This document shows positions 60,559 to 64,000 of a stretch of 64,000 bases of DNA, in pieces. Position numbers and translations under genes: made by a program. The first letter of the stretch is position 1. Each line of letters starts with the position of its first letter. The DNA comes from Sedimentisphaerales bacterium (GTDB lineage: Bacteria > Planctomycetota > Phycisphaerae > Sedimentisphaerales > SM23-30), in the NCBI GenBank assembly GCA_963666285.1, contig OY762711.1; one strand, written 5' to 3'. Below the pieces are notes generated by a model. It searched no databases. It was not told where the DNA came from and saw only the letters and a list, made by a program, of their open reading frames with translations.

Positions 60559-62775
60559 TTACCAGTTTATGCTGATAATTTGCCTGTTGTTGATTTCAGG
60601 TGAGTGGAAGAAAACCGTTTTGCTTTTTTGGTCCCAGTTGTAGTCGCTGAAATCTTTGCCGTCGATCACCATTTTTGTTGGTTTTTTCGGCAGTTTAATT
60701 CTTGAAACGATATTGACACCTTCTGTGCCGGTGAGCTCGAATTCAACGCCGCTGTCGATTTGTTTCCAGGTTTCAATTCTGCCGGCGGAAGCGATAGGCT
60801 CAGCTATGCCGGGGGTGAGCTTGTTGATATCCATGAGCCATGCACGCTGACCGGGTTTGACAGTAACGTGTTCGAGTACGGAAAGGTTGGCGTCAAAAAT
60901 ATCGACAAACAGGCCATCAAGTTCGAGCGGTTCATTAGAGAATGATTCTTCGAGGCAAGCGGCAATTATATATGGACCGCGGTTGAGCCATAGATAGTTG
61001 TGTTCCTGATAGTTGAGTCCGGCAGATTGGGCGGCTTTGCTGATGATGCCGCGATAGTGATCGGCCGCCTGCTGGGAACGGGTATAATAAGCGGGGTGAT
61101 TTCTATCGACGATAACACGACCGCTGCCGTAATTATACTCACCGGAAGCTGCTTTTGGTTCCAGGCCGAGTGACGCAAACAAATGCTGAGCGGGAGTATC
61201 GTATTTATTATCGCCGCTGTTCCACCAGTGTGAGACATAGTTGAACGGGTCGGTATCGGCACCGACATAAACCAGAGTACCGCCCCTGGATACCCAGTCG
61301 GCAACGGCCTGGTTGATAGCTGGTACCTGTGGGTTCATGAACTCGTAGCTAAGGATAAGTACCTTGAAATCGTTGAGGTAGTTAGCGAACCTGATAGTAT
61401 TGTCTAGCTGAACGGGCTGGACAGGTATGCCATGTTTGAGCAGCGGCAGGCTGAGTCCGTAGAAAGCCGAGAAGTTGACAATGTCAGCGTCTTCGGCTTT
61501 GGTAGGGTCGTTCCCTTTGCGTTCAGCGAGTTTGTATGCCGGCTGGGCACGCTGGAACATAGCGGAGTCGGCCATAAGGACGCCTATGCCGCTGGTTTCA
61601 TTTACCCATTTTGAGTCTGGCTGTTCCATGTCCCTGAACTGGTTGAATACTGTACAGAGAATAGTAGCGTAATCGCCAGGAATACGTGTGGCGTCCGGAG
61701 AGTTTTGCGGGTATTTGCCATGCATAACTCGTGACGGCCACGGGCATATTTCATAATGCCAGACTTTCGGGTGCAGGAGTGATGCTATTAGAGTAGCCTT
61801 GTAGTTGTAGCGATAGTCGTTCCAGTCATGGCGAGCGTTATCTTCGATCGGGTCGTTGAGGAACCACATGCGGCGGTTAGTATTGCGAACAAGTTCTTGC
61901 ATAACACCATATTCGAGGAAAGCCGTTTCGAAGGTTCTTTCCGCACGTTTGCCCTCGTAAACATTTTGGGTACGAGATGTACCGGTCCATACCTGTGCAA
62001 TACAGCCGTCAATGACATCTGAATCGATAAGGGAAGATTGAGGAGATACAATACCCCAATGGGTATAGTTTACCAGGCTGTGGGTGGGCACATAGAACCT
62101 TATTTTGCGATTGTATTTCTGCTGGGCGTATTCCTTGCACTCTTCGGCAACTCTTCGCAGAGCACGGCTGTAGAGGTAGTATTTGAGGCGGCTGGCCTTG
62201 TATTGGGCATCGGCGGAGGTGTCTGGTCTGACAAAGGGTTCATCGTAAAAGAGCTGCCATTCACGCTGGAAGGCTTTTGAGAAGCCAGTATAGGCCCAGA
62301 ATTCTGGTTCTTCGAGGTGGATAGCAACTACTCCGGCGTCGATAACGGTTTTGAGTTTTTCGGCCATATAGTCGGCAAACTCAACAGAAGGAACGATATA
62401 GGGAGTGCGATAGCCGTGTCCCTTTTCGGCACCGCTGGCTTCAACTTGTATTAGTGACATAACATCGTTGCCGTTGATGTCGCGGAAATCGGCATAGCGT
62501 CCCCATGCGATACCGGTCATAAGGTGTGGTACATAGTCTTTGTCGATCCATGTCTGGATGTTTTCAGGTGCTTTAGGGTCGTCTGCACCATACACCATTG
62601 CGAAATCATTGCGAAAATCGCATTTAGGGTCAAATGGCCGAGCGTCCTGAAACCCGGTAAGTTCCAGTGATCGGTCGGTGACGAGCCGAACGGAATTATC
62701 AGCTACGGCTTTAGTGGAAGAAATTGAGATTATTAATGCTAAACATGCCAGTAACAATACTTTAAGATTATTCAT
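60559..62775 (-). CDS. secreted hypothetical protein, probable glycoside-hydrolase-like TIM barrel plus GATase-like domain
   Basis: Signal peptide, HLEEPEFW, KVLILSYE...WVSRGGTLVYVG (GH42 trimerisation-like). Confidence 0.6.
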   Translation of the reverse strand: MNNLKVLLLACLALIISISSTKAVADNSVRLVTDRSLELTGFQDARPFDPKCDFRNDFAMVYGADDPKAPENIQTWIDKDYVPHLMTGIAWGRYADFRDINGNDVMSLIQVEASGAEKGHGYRTPYIVPSVEFADYMAEKLKTVIDAGVVAIHLEEPEFWAYTGFSKAFQREWQLFYDEPFVRPDTSADAQYKASRLKYYLYSRALRRVAEECKEYAQQKYNRKIRFYVPTHSLVNYTHWGIVSPQSSLIDSDVIDGCIAQVWTGTSRTQNVYEGKRAERTFETAFLEYGVMQELVRNTNRRMWFLNDPIEDNARHDWNDYRYNYKATLIASLLHPKVWHYEICPWPSRVMHGKYPQNSPDATRIPGDYATILCTVFNQFRDMEQPDSKWVNETSGIGVLMADSAMFQRAQPAYKLAERKGNDPTKAEDADIVNFSAFYGLSLPLLKHGIPVQPVQLDNTIRFANYLNDFKVLILSYEFMNPQVPAINQAVADWVSRGGTLVYVGADTDPFNYVSHWWNSGDNKYDTPAQHLFASLGLEPKAASGEYNYGSGRVIVDRNHPAYYTRSQQAADHYRGIISKAAQSAGLNYQEHNYLWLNRGPYIIAACLEESFSNEPLELDGLFVDIFDANLSVLEHVTVKPGQRAWLMDINKLTPGIAEPIASAGRIETWKQIDSGVEFELTGTEGVNIVSRIKLPKKPTKMVIDGKDFSDYNWDQKSKTVFFHSPEINNRQIISINW

Positions 62776-63279
62776 TGCATTTCCTTTAACTTTTGATACT
62801 TTTCTAATTTGTTACATCCTGAATTTTGTCAGTAACGCATATGGTACATATATTTAGAGAAAAATCAATAATAAGGAAAATGTGTCTGATAAAAAGTGTC
62901 TCCATTAAGTGAAAAATAAATAGTGAAACAATTTGGATCAGGTTTACAGGTTCCGGTGGGGCAGTGCAGGTTTGCCGCGGAGTGGCCAAGTTATACCAAC
63001 TGGAAAAAAACAAAATTAACGGATGATGAGAAGAAGTATTTTAAGGTATTGTGATGTAAGTTTGTTTTTATAAACAATTTACGTCAGGTAGCCTGTTTTG
63101 TTTTTTGTTCAGAGTTAATTAGTATCGTGGATAGTTTACTTTTTCAACATATTTTGTTATAATACCGCGTTACCTGTCATTAATAAAAACGCGGCAGGCC
63201 AGATTAGAAAACACAAAACAGCGACATTCCTATAAAGTATTGGGGATATTAGTTTTACAATAGAAAGAGTGAAAGAATA

Positions 63280-64000
63280 ATGGAATTAGCATCCATACCG
63301 GAAATATTAGAAGAGCTTAAATTTGGCAGAATGATCGTGCTGGTTGACGATGAAGATCGTGAAAACGAGGGCGACCTGGTCTGTGCATCTGAGAAGTGTA
63401 CGCCTGAGATAATCAACTTTATGGCCACATATGGCCGCGGTTTGATCTGTGTCTCATTGCCAAGTGATCGTTGTGACATATTGAACCTTCATCCTCAGTC
63501 TGCCAATAATACAGCGCCGCTGGGAACGGCATTTACCGTTTCGGTTGATGCCGCTCATGGCATAACTACGGGCATCAGTGCCGCCGATCGTAACCTTGCA
63601 GTGCATGAGCTGCTGAGGGACGATGCCAGGCCTCATGATTTAGCACGTCCAGGCCATATATTCCCGCTTCGTGCCAAAGATGGCGGTGTTCTGGTCCGAG
63701 CCGGTCAGACCGAGGGCTCTTTGGACCTTGCCAGGCTTGCCGGTCTAAAACCTTCAGGTGTGATCTGTGAGGTAATGAATGATGATGGTACAATGGCGCG
63801 TGTTCCGGATTTGAAGAAATTCTGTGAGAAGCATGGCTTGAAGATGACCAGTGTTGCCAAGCTGGTAGAGTATCGGATGCAGAAAGAAAGCTCGCTGGTA
63901 AAGAGGGTCGAAGAGGTTGAGATGCCAACCGATTGCGGAATGTTCCGTTTGATCGGATATGAGACAATGGTAGACAATCATCTGCACCTGGCATTATGCA
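63280..64000 (+). CDS. ribBA: 3,4-dihydroxy-2-butanone-4-phosphate synthase / GTP cyclohydrolase II (5' part, runs off the window)
   Basis: Read directly from the sequence: MELASIPEILEELKFGRMIVLVDDEDRENEGDL...TGISAADR...RPGHIFPL...GVICE; absent from the ORF track because no stop lies inside the window. Confidence 0.92.
   Translation, partial: MELASIPEILEELKFGRMIVLVDDEDRENEGDLVCASEKCTPEIINFMATYGRGLICVSLPSDRCDILNLHPQSANNTAPLGTAFTVSVDAAHGITTGISAADRNLAVHELLRDDARPHDLARPGHIFPLRAKDGGVLVRAGQTEGSLDLARLAGLKPSGVICEVMNDDGTMARVPDLKKFCEKHGLKMTSVAKLVEYRMQKESSLVKRVEEVEMPTDCGMFRLIGYETMVDNHLHLALC

Noticed and set aside
62776..63279. FMN riboswitch upstream of ribBA
   Set aside because: Conserved RFN blocks (AGGGC.GGGTG.AATTCCC.ACCGGCGGT) not found
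26..63994. Numerous short antisense or overlapping ORFs in the track
   Set aside because: Shadow frames of well-supported genes, with no motifs or RBS

Overview
Bacterial chromosomal window. Gene content (prepilin/H-X9-DG proteins, LamG/Ig/dockerin-like surface proteins, ECF-FecR pairs, HhH-less UvrC, trimeric [FeFe]-hydrogenase) suggests an anaerobic Planctomycetota (Phycisphaerae/Sedimentisphaerales-like) organism; this is an inference. It carries ovoA, chemotaxis and two-component genes, a Rex-controlled hydrogenase operon, three pilin-like/carbohydrate-active loci, uvrC, tRNA-Cys followed by an AT-rich block with an IS5, glycoside hydrolases, and the start of ribBA. Two signals are missed by the ORF track. 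(1) A 719-nt ORF-less group IIB intron (31255-31973) sits 4 nt into a prepilin-type gene. Splicing rebuilds MKKRG|FTLIE, while the intron's own domain VI carries a Shine-Dalgarno and an in-frame ATG giving MPTRQKRG|FTLIE, so both routes would yield the same mature pilin. (2) A lipoprotein gene (51698-53152) appears to read through TGA as selenocysteine (YG-U-GDLC) and has a SECIS-like hairpin. Also noted: a triple Rex box, a 33-bp periodic repeat array, a 22-bp direct-repeat operator shared by two promoters, a probably inactivated IS5 transposase and GC-skew polarity switches.
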